From Zootoca vivipara (Eukaryota), in the NCBI RefSeq assembly GCF_963506605.1, contig NC_083277.1, forward strand, positions 113,274,001 through 113,338,000: a stretch of DNA of 64,000 nucleotides, given 5' to 3'. The position numbers and the translations under genes are program-made. How positions within the stretch are numbered: the stretch's first letter is position 1; every line of letters starts with the position of its first letter. Of the stretch, positions 24,626 to 38,628 are shown one piece after another. The notes beneath the pieces were generated by a model. It was not told the DNA's origin. It saw only the letters and a list, made by a program, of their open reading frames with translations, and searched no databases.

Positions 24626-27600
24626 ATATTTCCCTTTGTAGAGTCCACACACACACACACACACACTACACCGGCCCAACACGATGCATTATATGATTAT
24701 GGGTGTATATCCTCCTGAGATATTCCTCAGTTAATGTGGGTGCAAACTGCATTCCAATTAGTAAATAATAATAATAATCGGAAGCAAATAATAACAAAAC
24801 AGAGGACGAGGCTTTCGACAAAAGGGTGGGGGAAGGGAACAAAGACCCAGGTCCCTTACTGAATTTATTCTAAATCCATTCCCCCTTTGCCCATGCTAAT
24901 AAACATATAGAAATTCAAATTCTTGGGAAGGGCACCCTGTTTGTCTCCCGCTTGTAAGGCCCTTCAGCTGGATTCCTCAATGAAATATTTAACACATTCT
25001 GCATCCAGGTTTATAAAAGGCCTCGCCCGCGATAGCGTTTTGCCACTGAGCACACAACACTGCACGGGGCTTTTTGAGGGGACTTCTAATGAAACGCGTT
25101 CTAATTGGATTGCTTGCTGCAATATGTGTGCTGCAATGAATGACTATTGTTTATAAAAGTGGCAGACAAAAAAAACAACAACAAATAACATCTGTGGGGT
25201 GGTGTTAAATCTGATCAAATACATCCGATCGCGCCAGCCATTTTATTCTTAAGGAAAGCAAGAGCGAGGGCAGCCCATCCAAGAGCCTTCCTGGGGGTTC
25301 TGTAAACAAAAGAAGCCCAAAACTGGTAAGTGGGACGTGCGTATGTCATGTCTGTGCATAGATGGACATAGATCTCTCCCATTTTGCTTTGGGGAGTCGG
25401 ATTTCTGGGGGGTGACGGGGGTGCGGGGATACAGTTTGGGATACGGTTGCTGGACTGTGCGGGCTGCGCGTTTACTCGGGAGTCAGTCAGGTTTAGTCTG
25501 CAATCGCATCTCGAGAGGCCAGTAAACTCCACCGTAGTCCATTGGAATGCGTTGCTCGCTTTCTAAATGAGCTTCCTATTGGGCGTGTGGAAGAAAGCCA
25601 GGTGGCTTACTTGCAGGTAAATGGGTTTAGGAGTGGCAGTAATGAACAAAGGTACGCCCTCCCTCCGATTTGCTTGGGTGAATATTTACGGTATAAATGC
25701 GGTGGGTTCCATTAGTTACTGCAAAGGAGGTCGCAATAGGGACCTTTAAAAAGAAAAGAAAAAGACCAGGCAATGGTTATTTGAACCACATGCTTGCTGG
25801 ACTGTCGTTGTCGTTTCCCCCCTTCCTTTCATCCTCTCGTTGTTTCTGCAGTCAGGACGTGTTTTTATGGTGGTTGAAGAGATATGGATCCCTTTCGATA
25901 TTTGCCTGTTGTCCAGTGTTATTTGCTGTGCCTTTTCCTTTAGCAACAATCACCCCCTCCTCTCTCCCAGGATTGCCCATACAATACACATTTTAATGTA
26001 TTGATTTAGTCTTGAAACTGACATATTGCCGTTGTTCATAAACTCAGAACGCTGGAGCTGATCTAAAAGGAGGGAATATAAGAAAAACTGATTTATATTC
26101 CTTGTACTTTACAGACCAAACGAAAAGAAATGAATGGCTCCTTTTATCTATAACATCACCATAAACGAGGGATCATAGTGAACATTCCCAGGCATTATTG
26201 ACACACAGGTCCAGGAAAGGGGGCGGGGGCGGGGGGGGGAACAGACTACATCCACGAGCAAAATCCGATACTGTGATAGTTAACGTTGGCCCCCGCACGT
26301 AGCTTTTAATCCTTGGTGCGTGTCATAAACAGGGCAGTAAATGTGAAAATTGAAAACCACAAATGTGACACGGTAATATAAATCACACACATATATATTT
26401 ATTAAGGGGAACGAGTGCCATAATAAAAACAATTGGAAGAACATTACAATTTTACAACAACTGCAATATCAATAATACATTTCTTTACAGCAGCAAAACC
26501 GTATCAACAACAATAAAAGCAACCACCACTATCTATGTACCTATTTTTCAACATAGAAAGAGAGAAACGGGGGGGGAGGGGAACAGCGGCTGTGGGTGGG
26601 GTGAGAGTGGGGAATGAAAAAACATAATTAGTCAAACTATTTTTAAAATGACAACCTCAGTAATTGTCGTAATAATGCACCCTGAAATCGTGTAATATAT
26701 ACCAATTTACAATTCATTTAGAAGAGAGAGCAGGGAGGCTGGCGGCGTGCGCATGAGCAGCTGGGAGCCGGGGGGGGGGGGAATACGTGCAATTACGATT
26801 GCTTAAATCAGTGTTCAAAGTTTTTAAACAAAAATAAAATAAAATAGCAGAAGTAGGCGACCACGTTGCTTAGAATAAATAAGGTATGGCTGCAAAGCAG
26901 CAGGGGCGAAGTCCTGACCTTGTTTATGAACAGGTTAGGGCGAGTTGGGAGAGAACTTCACTTTTCAATAATTTTGTTGTATGTGCTTCTGGTATTTAAT
27001 TTTTATTTTAATTGCGTCTGGGGCTTAGCTTCCTACATTTTACAAGCACGCTTTGCACTGTATTGGCCTGCGGAATTGAGAGGCTCTCTTGGGCCTATAG
27101 TGATGCGGATATTTCCCGGACCTTCCCTTAAGTGGCAAACATATTTAAGCGCCATGAGTTACAATGAGAGATTATTTACGCACGTGCTTAATTAACGCTT
27201 GCTTTGAAATCAGTAGGTGTTGGACGTTCCTCACTTTCCCCGGATCGTGTCCATACATTTGTGTGATGCATTTTTTATTCGTAAAAATGGGACTGGCTGA
27301 AATAAACAAAAACTTTACACAGGTTTTTTTAAAAAAGGAAAAAAATACTCAGTCTTAAGGCCAAAGTTGTTGTTGTTGTTGTTGTTTTAAAGTATTAAGT
27401 CCCAGAAGCAAAAGGGAGAGAAAGTTACATTTTCAAGAGTGTGTGGGGGAGAGAGATTGATGGACGAAAGAATGGTATCTGTGATTCAAAACACGATGTG
27501 GTCTAATATTTAATATGTGATATTATATGTTATTATATGCCTCACGTACATATGAGATATGGGGCGTTTTGTGTGCGTGCATGTACATTTCAACATTGCA

Positions 27601-28360
27601 GACACCGGTCTCTTGCAGAGTGCAACGAAATATCATAATTTCAGCATTACTTCCAATTATTTGGTTGAATTGAAATGTGCAGCCCTGAGGATGGGTTACC
27701 TTCAATCGGATGCCAGGGAATCTGGGGGAGCGTTCGTTTCTGTGTTTATATTTTATATGCTGTTGAACTGCATAACTGTTCGTGTATCGTGGAGGGAAGT
27801 TGTGGCTATAGATGATTAAAAAAACGAGAAAGCACGTGACAGTTTTGGTTACTGGAATTGCTGATCAGATCAACTGGATCCATTGGCGTTTCTTGAGGTT
27901 CATCTAATGAACACAGGATAATTTACAGCTGTTGTGGGTGAGGTTGTGCAGTACACGCCGCCGTCCTGAGTCTGACTGTATAAAATAAACGTGTCATGAG
28001 AAAGGGAACCCACAAAGCAATAAAACTTAGGGGGTACAATCCAGCTCCGTGAAAACCCACTGGATTTCTGCCCTTGATTTCGATGAGATCTGCGCCTTTG
28101 CCCCCAGACAGACACAAGCTGAACTGCGTTTAGCGCGACACCAACTTTGGCGCAAGGCCGCCTCCTGTTTTCCCAATAAATTAACAGCAGGTAATAAGTT
28201 TAGACCGTCCGCATTTAAATCGAAACAGAAAGGCCTATAAGGCGATTCAGACCTTCCTAAAACGTGGTACAGTGAACAGGTTTTAACTGCAGTGGATTTC
28301 GTGAAACGTGGAGAGGATCGGAGTTTTCCTCTAGCAAAAGACCACGGCGGTGCTCCGCCG

Positions 28361-28446
28361 GTATGCACACGAAACCTCATACCAATGACAAACTTAGTTG
28401 GTCTCTAAGGTGCTACTGGAAGGAATTTTTAAATTTTGTTTCGACT
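28361..28446 (+). mobile_element. Truncated Penelope-like element terminal-repeat fragment
   Basis: ATGCACACGAAA.CTCATACCAATGACAAACTTAGTTGGTCTCTAAGGTGCTACTGGAAGGAATT resembles the reptile Penelope-like pseudo-LTR end (...GGTCTCTAAGGTGCTACTGG); recalled similarity only. Confidence 0.55.
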
Positions 28447-30815
28447 TTACTATCATGTTGTTCGGGCAGAGCGGGGTTCAGTTTTTACATTCCCTGTTCT
28501 CCTTGAATTAAGCAATCACGGACGATGCCTGAGCGTGTGCGCACGCTCACCTTTCTCTCTACACAACCCTCTTTAATAGGGGTGCTATTTTTCTCTTCCC
28601 CCGCCGTCCCTTCCTTTTAATTGCTGCTTTCTTTTTGTTTACTTGTTTTGTATACTGCCACCAAGTGACTGAAACTTGGCAAGCCAACAATCTTGCAATT
28701 TGGTCTCTCTCTCTCTCCCCTCCCCCTCGCACTTTTGTAGGATGGGTGCAAGAAAGATAAGGGGGCACACGCGCGCACACACAAAAATAATAACGCTATT
28801 TCACGACTGGAGAGTCAAAATGCTTGGGAGAAAGAGAGGGGGGAAAGAGGACGACTGTTGTGCCATAAAGGCCGGAATCGCAGGGTCTTTTACTACTTCC
28901 AAGCAACGGCAGTCTCCTCCCCTCCGTTCCTATTGCTGCCTCGTAAACAAGCCCCCTTTGCCCCTATTAAGGCGCTGGTTGGACAGTTTAGAACTTTTTA
29001 AAAGTTTGGTCTCTTCAAAGCTATTTGGAAGTAGGCTGTTTGAGGGGTTGAATTGGACACTCGGTGGAAGTTCCTCAGTGGCTTGTTAGGTTGCTGTTTG
29101 AAGCGGCAATCTCACCCCCTCTTCCCCCCCTTCATTTGAGAAGGCTGCGTTTTAAATCACCTCCAGTGTTCATGCATTCATAAAAATAGATAAGGCCCGT
29201 CAGCTGGAGGACGCCACTCCCGCCCCCACTCCTTGGGGGGGGGGTGGAGAAGAGAGAGAATGAGTGTATTTAAGCAGATCCAAAAATACTAAACTGTCTC
29301 CCCATTAAAAGTTACGCAAATGGATTGCATTTCCCAACGTGCAACAAATATTGCCTCTCCAAATATGTACAGTAGCTTAATAGTAAGCGATCAGCTTTTT
29401 AAACACACCCACTATTAAGGCAACTAATACTGTGTCCTGACTTATTATTTATTTTATTTTCTTCTCCCCCTTCTTGTTCTTCTTCCTGGCGTCCTAAGAT
29501 TAATTTTTCCTTCTTCCCCGCCCCCATGTGCAAACAATAAAATAAGAACTCATAGATAATGACAACCATTCCTCATCACTGAATTATTCTTCCTGAATGT
29601 ATTAAAATCGTATTCTTCTTTGTTTAATCTCTTCGCGGGCGTAAGTAGTTGCTTATATCCATATTTTATGTTGCTCTATAATATCACGCTTTATAATTTT
29701 TAAGCCGGTAGCTATTCTCCATGACAACTCGACGTGACGTCACGACCGCAACTCTCTTGAATGTCAAAAGGGAAGGAGGGGGGGTCATTTTAGGGAACAT
29801 TTCCGTGCCATAAAACGGAGTAATCCAAGTCAACCATAAAAGATCTCTAAACTGAACATCCTTTGGTGAAGTTTGCAGGGCTAACCGACCGTAATAGACA
29901 TTACACAGTAGCAAGCGGAGAAGAAAATCTTTGGGGGGGGGGAGAGAGACTCTTAATTGGCCCAATCACCCAATAATATTTTTACCTCCTGTACTGTCAG
30001 CATAGGGACACCTCATATAGTTTCAAAAATCCCATTGAATATTACAGGGAATAAACAGGGATAAAGGAAAGGAGAATTCGAAATAACTTCTAAGTTGGGC
30101 AAGCTGTCAGATTCCGCCGCTGCCTCCTAAAACAGTTACCTTGGATCTTTGCTGATTCGGGGGGGGGGGACTCTTTAACTGGCCAAGACTTAACTTATAT
30201 AAGTGGTGCGGGGCGTGGGGTGCGGGCAGATACAGAAGCAACATAGTTACTTGAAAATGATTGACCAACGTGAAGTTCTGTTTATAGGAGGCCGGAAGGT
30301 TTCCAGTGCTGGAAAGGGGGGCTCCACCAAGACATCTAGAATGAAAAGAAAAATAGACAGATAAATAAGTATGTATATATACATACATACAGCAACCCAT
30401 CAACAGCTAAATAAATAAGAGACACACATAACACAGCGTGTCTAAGTGTATAAGGCGTCCACAACAGGTTGACTTGGGGGAGAGGGCGGGGTCTACGTAA
30501 ATGCCTAATAACGTCAGAAAAGAACTTGAATCTTAATAATGTGCGGGTCCCCATTTATTTCAATCGATATTGAGCCCATTCCTCTCTCCACCTCCCGCCC
30601 CAGTTATTTTGCCTATCTTAGACGTGTGTTTTGACACTCTCCAGAATTCCCACCGACACCACTCCCATGATGTGTGAAATATCTAAATCGTAGCCCTCCA
30701 TTCACCCCCAAACCCTACACACGCATATATCTGCACCCCAGTTTGAAGTCATTAGAATTCATTTCCAGCAATATCATTTGGGTTATGACATTTCCAGTAT
30801 AACACGTTGCCAGAT

Positions 30816-30847
<32 letters not shown>

Positions 30848-33800
30848 GGCTTTTGTTTGTTTGCTTGTTTGTTGGGATTCCTCACCTCCCCCACCCCACA
30901 TGCGGCAGATCATACCGAGTGGGGTGGCTGGGAGGGGCAGCAACCCGAGTTTCCTGAAAGCAGAAAGTTATAAACTGCTTTTTCATTAGTCATGGAGCCA
31001 TAGCAATAAGACCACAAACAAATCTGGACTTGTACTTTTTCTTCCTTGCAGCCAAGAATATTGCAGGCCGAACCGCAGAAGCGGTGCTTATGTGACAAGA
31101 CGTAGGGGGGCGGATGTTTTTTTGAAGGATGCAGGGCAAAAGCAAGACAAAATGCAGAAAGGGAGAAACCCCCGATTGGTATTATTGCTAATTATTTACA
31201 ATAATAATTATTTCTATGGAAGGAAAATTTCTCCGATTTAAAAATTATTTTAACATTATTATTTTTTTGGGTCAACCACTTTAGTTAAAAAGTTTAAGTA
31301 ATCATGACATAAACTGGGTGAAAACTCTGAGCGAAACTAGCAGTCCGAGAGTTTATCAAGATGCGATTACTGTAATAGAAAGGAACACTTAAAATAATGC
31401 AAATGCATCGGTCAGGCACATTTGACTCCTGGTATTTATGCGCCACATATACTGCTTTTTTCTTTTCTTTTCTGTCTTCTTCTTCTCATCATCATCATCA
31501 TTTAGTTATTTACGGGCAGAAGGAACATTTGATTAAGAAGGTTATTCTGTAGGAGCAGGGATAACTGGAGTGCAAGCGCTCTAAATAAATAATTACAAGG
31601 CAAGAAGCTCTAGCCTGCAATAACTGTCAAGTCTAAAAAGGCCGAGATAACATATATAAGGTGAGATCAGCTGAAATTAGGTATCCACTTAAAGGTACCG
31701 CGTGGATTTAAGCACAACACCTTAAAATACGTGTTTCTTGCGCGCAAAATTATTGGCCTCGTCGTCTGCTTATGTTGTTCTGCTTATCTCTCTTTCTTCT
31801 GTTTTCCGTACTGCTACTGCTCCATACACAAATACTTTTAAAAACAAAACAAAGGTACAAGCAAATCGCCAAGCGTGGCTGTCTTACTTTTGAAATGCAT
31901 GCGTTGCGCGAAAAACACATACGCTCCATCTACACAGATCCAAGACCAATTTGCCTCTTCATCCTATAAATGGTACACAAATGAGGACATAGCGGTAGAG
32001 TCTGGAAGTCTATACATAGATATGACTACACGTTATAAACAAGCCCGCGCATGTTTGCTGAGCGGTGTGTGTTTAGGGAGGGGGGGGGGAGTTCTTATCA
32101 ATCTATCAGGGAATAATAAACTATTCCAGACAAGAGTGCAAGCTAATCCAACACATGAACAGTAAACAAACGTATTTGACCCAGGGCAACTTTGGTTGCA
32201 TATTTAAAGCTATCCAGACACAAACTGCATTTATGAATAAGCAGTTTTCTACACCTAGGCAACAGACTGGGTGAGAATTTGTGAAGCTCTCTCTCTCTCT
32301 CTCTTCCCCCCCCCCCTTGCTCCACTTGCATTAACAGCCTCAACTGAAAACCCTTGCCATTAACGCCCAAGAAAAATCCACTCTCTTCTCGAAACAAACA
32401 AACAAATGAGTAAACAAACGCTTCCGAATTTGCACTCCGAATCACACGACAGAATCAGAATCTGACAACATTTTACTTGGGCTGCAAGAGAGAGGGGAGC
32501 CAACGATAGCTCTTGTTTCCTTTCCACAATTAGTGGGGATGGAAAACACATGTGTGGAGTGTGCATTTTTGAAGCTTTCCTCTAAATCAGTTCATCAATT
32601 CGCTAATTAAAACGGAGAGAGAGAGAATGAGAGAGTGAGAGCGAGTTCTAACGAAGGGTATTTTTCTTCTTTAACCTCGGTGTGGGGGTAAAATCCGGGG
32701 GTAAAAACACAAAAAAAGAGAAAACAGCCTTATGAGCGAATGGATGTTATTGCAGCTTTCTGTGAGCTCTTTAACTCCAGGGGGCGGGGAGGGGGGGGGA
32801 GAGACCCCAACTGCTATACAAGAACTACTCCAGGACCTGCACATATTTTCACTGCTGTGTAGCAGTTTTAATAAAACATCTGTTCTTGCTTCTGCTGATG
32901 AGTTTACATAATTGTTTGCAGACCAATTTAACCAGAAAAAGTCCTACACATTTCCCTGTGTTGTTTTTTTAAGGGGGGGGGAAGGGAAGGGAAGAGTCGT
33001 CTCCTTTGATCAAATACATTATAAGAACCTTAATAATAACTTCTACACACACACACAAATATTAGGAATGTAACTACTATAACACTGAGTCCGGCGTGTA
33101 TATATACAAATTTTCCAGCGTCTTCTTTCTCCCCATCCAACCAACACTTAAGAAAGGTTCTATGTTGGGTTTCTTTGCGCCAGCTGTTTTCTCTTCCCTA
33201 TAATCCGACCAGACTTCTAGGTCTTCTCTTCTGTTTAGAAAAGTAATAAAACACTTCACTTTCTCCACCCGAAATCACTTGGTACTCACCAGATCCCTCC
33301 AAAACAGCTCCCTAGGACTTCTACAGGTCACCCCTCCAAACCCCAGCCCCCTTTGCATTTGCAACCATCCCAGAAATTTTAAGGGTCTGAGATAAGGATT
33401 ATTATAACACTAGAACAATGAATATACTTTTGGTGAATTGAACCTACCAAGAAAGTCTTCTTCTTTATCTCCTTCTCATTCCCACACCTTGAAGTTCTAT
33501 TACTTTTAATGTAGTCTCAATCTACACTGAAGTATTTTTTAAGATACTATCCAATCTAAACACAAACACACGAGGGGGGAGGAGTCTCTCTGTGTTTGTG
33601 TGTGTTATCTAACTCCCATTAAAAGAGAAAGAAAAATATCTACCTTCTATCAGTTCGGATTGATTGTGCATGGAAACACACACACACACACACACACAGA
33701 ATGACTTTGAAAACTAGTGATATTAATTGCTTGCAGTTACCATGAGCTTCACTGAGCTCTGCTTGTCTGCCTGTCTCTGTTTATCTACTGACCTACCAAC

Positions 33801-35467
33801 CTACCTACACGTACAGACACATTAGTTGCATTGTTATGTATATCTCTAAGTGTGTGTGTGTGTGTGTAGTGGGGTAATGTTTGGGCCCTTTTTTTTCCTC
33901 TCCCATTCTCCTAGTGGTTGTACCTCTCTGTCTATGGACTATCCGGTATAATGTGCTAAATAGCTGGGAAGCCTCAGGAAAGCAAATACTATTTTCAAAA
34001 TCGGCATGCTAGTAAATTTGTCATGTGTACCAGCCTTAAATGTGTACACGTTTGGATGAGAACTGCTGTAGGATGGAAAAGCCATGTCCATTTAGTAGGG
34101 AGAGATGCAGGATAGAAGCTTAATAACAAGCTACACACTCTCTTGCTTTCTTTATATACTCCCTGATTTTTTAAAAGAAACTTTTATATTTTTTTCATAC
34201 TGACACTCAAGGAACGCTTAACGTTATACAAGATGAATACTTCAGTCCTCTTTTTGTCAGTTGCAGTCTCGTTTATGGTTTTATTACTACCATTGATTAC
34301 TTTGCTTTGTTGCACAGAGGAAAAAGATCATAAAATCCTTTGGCATCCGGGTTCCACTTAGAGCAGGGGTGTGTGTGTGTAGGGGGGGGGTATGTGCTCC
34401 CCTTCTTTCTCAACTAAAACCTTCACCCAAAAGAGGAATGTTAGAAGTATTGATTCATTACGACCAAACACAATGAGAAATATTCCAAGCTTTCCAGAAA
34501 ATCGACTGGTTCTAGCTTTAAAACCACTAAACAAAAGCTTCCTAACATGCCCATGGAAATAAGCCCAATGTTTCCTAGTCCTAATTGAATTTTTAAATAG
34601 CAAGCCAATGGAATGATGTAGGAGTCTTGCTATATTTACAGATCAGCAGGTATATTTTACTTTTAAGGAACAATTTATGGCACTGGATTGAAATTAAAAT
34701 TAGATTAGCTGTCTTCATTTCAATTAGTGTGTCGGTGCAAATCCACCAGAGGAGTAGAATGTAATCCACTCTCTAATCTAACTAAATATTTCAAGGGAAG
34801 TTTTCCAATCAGCTACAAATATCTGGAGTCGTAAATTTTTTCATTCCTTTCTCTACCTCTTTCTGTTTTTGCAAACATAAACACGAGGGGCTCCTTCTAG
34901 CAAACACCATTCCAAATGCAAAGGTAATGCTTTGGGGGATGTTGATATTGCAAATGTAAACATTGCCATAGCAGACTCCAGCTCTGAAAAATGACAAAGC
35001 AAATATTCAATAGAGAAACATACAAATGTGCTTCTTCTTCTTTTTGATTCTAACCTGGACTCTGAATTTTGATTATATATACAAATATAGCAGCAACCCA
35101 CCACCCTGGAAAGTTCTTCAAATTCCAGAGTACAGGAATGCTCTAAAAGATACAGTATCTGCCCAGCTGTCACCTGGTCTCCTCTCCCTGCTTTCAAGAT
35201 TGTATTATAAAGAGCACAAGCACTTGATTCCACATTTATTGACCAACAGTAAATTAGTGGAGGAAAAGAAAATTTATGGTTTAATATTTTATGCACACTT
35301 GAGATTTATGACTATAATTTCTGAGCTATTTGGTTGCTAGGTATTAAGGAAGCATTTCCAATAGAATAAATATCTTGATTCCTGATCTCCATAACCATTT
35401 GCCTTTTCTTTCTTAAAAAAAAATCAACTAAAGCTCTATTTGGCTTGTGAAATTTAAAAAAGAAGTC

Positions 35468-35546
<79 letters not shown>
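35468..35546. repeat. (TTTC)n microsatellite upstream of HoxC6
   Basis: About 19 TTTC units forming a pure pyrimidine tract. Confidence 0.95.
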
Positions 35547-35724
35547 GTGCCCCTCCCTCTTCAACCCTCTCCCATTCCCTCCCCCGAACCATACTTACTA
35601 TTTCCCCCCTCTTCTTCCAAACCATCTTATATTTAGAATTTCGAGACTTACTTTCAATGCATACTTAGTTTCAACTGGGGAATCAACACAAGCAAAAGCA
35701 ATTTTTCCGTGTCTTGACATCTAG

Positions 35725-35874
35725 CTTCCTATTGGCTCACAACGGGTCAGCTGACTTTGTCATTTTGTCTGTCCTGGAGTGGAGCCGTCCCTATAACAAT
35801 CTAGTTCAGACTACAAACTGGAGACAGAAATAAATATTAAAGAAATCATACAAGCCAGGTATAGGGGGGAAGAT
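35725..35874 (+). promoter_or_regulatory. HoxC6 proximal promoter / 5'UTR
   Basis: Reverse CCAAT (ATTGG 35731-35735), palindromic GTCAGCTGAC E-box near 35746-35755, TATA-like CTATAAC near 35791, directly before the ATG. Confidence 0.6.
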
Positions 35875-36274
35875 ATGAATTCCTATTTCACAAACCCGTC
35901 GTTGTCTTGCCACCTCACCAGTGGTCAAGAGGTCCTGCCCAACGTGGCGATCAATTCCTCTGCTTATGACCCTGTAAGGCATTTTTCAACTTATGGAGCA
36001 GCGGTTGCTCAAAACAGGATCTATTCATCTCCTTTTTATTCACCGCAAGATAATGTTGTGTTTAGCTCCAGTCGGGGACCATATGATTACGGATCTAATG
36101 CCTTTTATCAAGAAAAAGACATGCTCTCTAGCTGCAGGCAAAATTCTATGGGACACAATACACAAACTTCCATTGCACAGGATTTTACAAGTGACCAAAA
36201 CAGGAGCACATCCCAGGAACAGAAAACTAGCATTCAAATATACCCGTGGATGCAGCGCATGAACTCCCACAGTG
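35875..36274 (+). CDS. HOXC6: Homeobox protein Hox-C6, coding exon 1
   Basis: [14 protein letters not shown]...[14 protein letters not shown]; phase-1 donor G|GTAAGT at 36275; internal Met83 (36121, MLSSCRQ) corresponds to the known short-isoform start. Confidence 0.97.
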
Positions 36275-37076
36275 GTAAGTTTTACAGCTTGCAGAGATAA
36301 ATTAAATAAACTGAACCATCTTTACGACCGTCTCCCTAGCAGAACAGGCTCAGCTACTTTTTATGGCCCCATAAAAACAATAATATAGCTTCCTCACAGT
36401 TGCCGCTACAGGCCTTTTATTTGTTAAGTTGTTGCAAGCGAATATGGCTTGTTATGCTCTTTCTAATTAAAAGACTTCGAGAGTGTAAAATATCTATAAT
36501 AAAGTGCAATCAGCTCTGATTTTTTTCCCTTGGAGGGGGTGGTGGAAATAAGGTGTAGAATAGAAGTGATGTGGATTTTTTGGGGGTATTTTTTTAAAAA
36601 AATGTATTTTCCCTGATAGGTGAGACAGGGCATTTTTATTAAGGCAAAAAATGCAAAGTGTCTTGTCCAATAACAGGTCCAATAACAGCTGGGGGATTTA
36701 TGAAGTAGCTTGACTTCATAATATATGGAAGGAGTGTCTATTCCTAGTAATTAAAGCAGCATTGGAGTAAAATCTAATTGGATTTTTTTTCAAGTTTGCA
36801 GAAATAATTAAAACAACACATTCTGAATCTTTGCAAATAAGATAGGAACATGCTTTCAATTAGACACCCCCCATCCTCCATGTGTGCTGCATGATTTTAA
36901 TGGGTAGTAAGACTAAGGCACAGAATTAAATTGTGCAGTGGGGGGGGGGAGAGTTGGTCGGTGGATGACAATGAAGACAGAGTATGGAGGGTGGGGTTGG
37001 AGAAAGCCTGGCTACTGGGTTTCGTTGTGTTTGTTTTCTTTTATTTACGCATTTTATTTTCAAATCTGTTAACTAA

Positions 37077-37421
<345 letters not shown>

Positions 37422-38342
37422 AAACACTGACGGTGCTGGCAGCTCCCCTCTCCCTTCCCCAACACACACACTCACACACACATTCGCACACGGCCCCGCT
37501 TCCTCTTCTTTATCGGTCTCTTTCTTTTTCGCCCCCCACTCCCAATTTCTCCTTTCCATTCTCTATTACCACTGGCACAATCTATACATTTGGTTGTATG
37601 AGAGAGAGAGAGAGAGAGAGATGTGGAGGTGGGAGATCTCCCCTCCCCCATTTCCTCCATCTCTCCAGCAGTGATTCACCCACTTTCATAACTTTCTTCC
37701 TAAGGAGCTCATCAAGCCCCCCCTCCAACTTCCCCCTCTGCCTTTGCATCCGAGCCCAGTTATCTACCTTTGCATAAAGACTGTATTTAATGCAACCCCC
37801 TCCACCACTACTACCACCACCACCCGCCATTCCTTCTCCTCTTCCCTCTTCCTGAATAGTTTTGCTTGCAAAAAGGCAGATCCCCCTGTAGGGGCTGCTT
37901 TGGGATCAACCATGTCAAAAAGGCACTCTATGCAGCTTCGCTTCCAAAATGATGATAATTATTGTGGTGGTGGTGGTGATGTAAGTGGGGGGGGGATTGA
38001 ATTGCCTACCCCTGTGAAAATATTTCCTTCCATGCCCACCTTCTCCCACACCTCCAAGCTATGTCTACCTAAATATAGCATTTTCCAGAGTAAACTAATT
38101 GTATTTAAACACTACCTGAGGTCATTATGCATTCTACAAACTGTGACAGTTTCTGTGTGAATATTTTTAGCTGTATTTGTGGTCTCTGTATTTATATTTA
38201 TGTTTAGTACTGTAATGTTCAAGCAGTATAAACGTGAATGGAATTCTATAGCAAGTAGGAGGAAATAAATAAATAAATCTTGTGTTACACTCTCTAACAT
38301 CATGTATAAAGGTCACGTCCAGAGGACTATGGTTGAGTATTT

Positions 38343-38348
38343 AATAAA
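38343..38348 (+). terminator. Likely HoxC6 polyadenylation signal
   Basis: AATAAA at 38343-38348, with further AATAAA copies at ~38264-38277, about 0.9 kb after the stop codon. Confidence 0.45.
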
Positions 38349-38577
38349 AACTGGATATTATTTTTAAAAGTTACTGAATGGTTTCTGAAATTCAATTGGG
38401 GGAAGATCTCAGGTGAAAGAATTTTGCATCAGCCACCACGGATTCCGTGCGTGAGGATGCTGCTCCATTTTTAGATGCCAGTATTCATGATCGCCTGTCA
38501 GCACGACTCTCGGCATATTTAGTCGGAAGTAAACAGGATGGTGGGCGCATATAATTTACTTCCAGTTAGGCATCCTT

Positions 38578-38628
<51 letters not shown>

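Noticed and set aside
17100-35800. HoxC7 pseudogene remnant
   Set aside because: No homeobox-like or YPWM-like translation in the ORF track or by eye; only promoter-like sequence remains.
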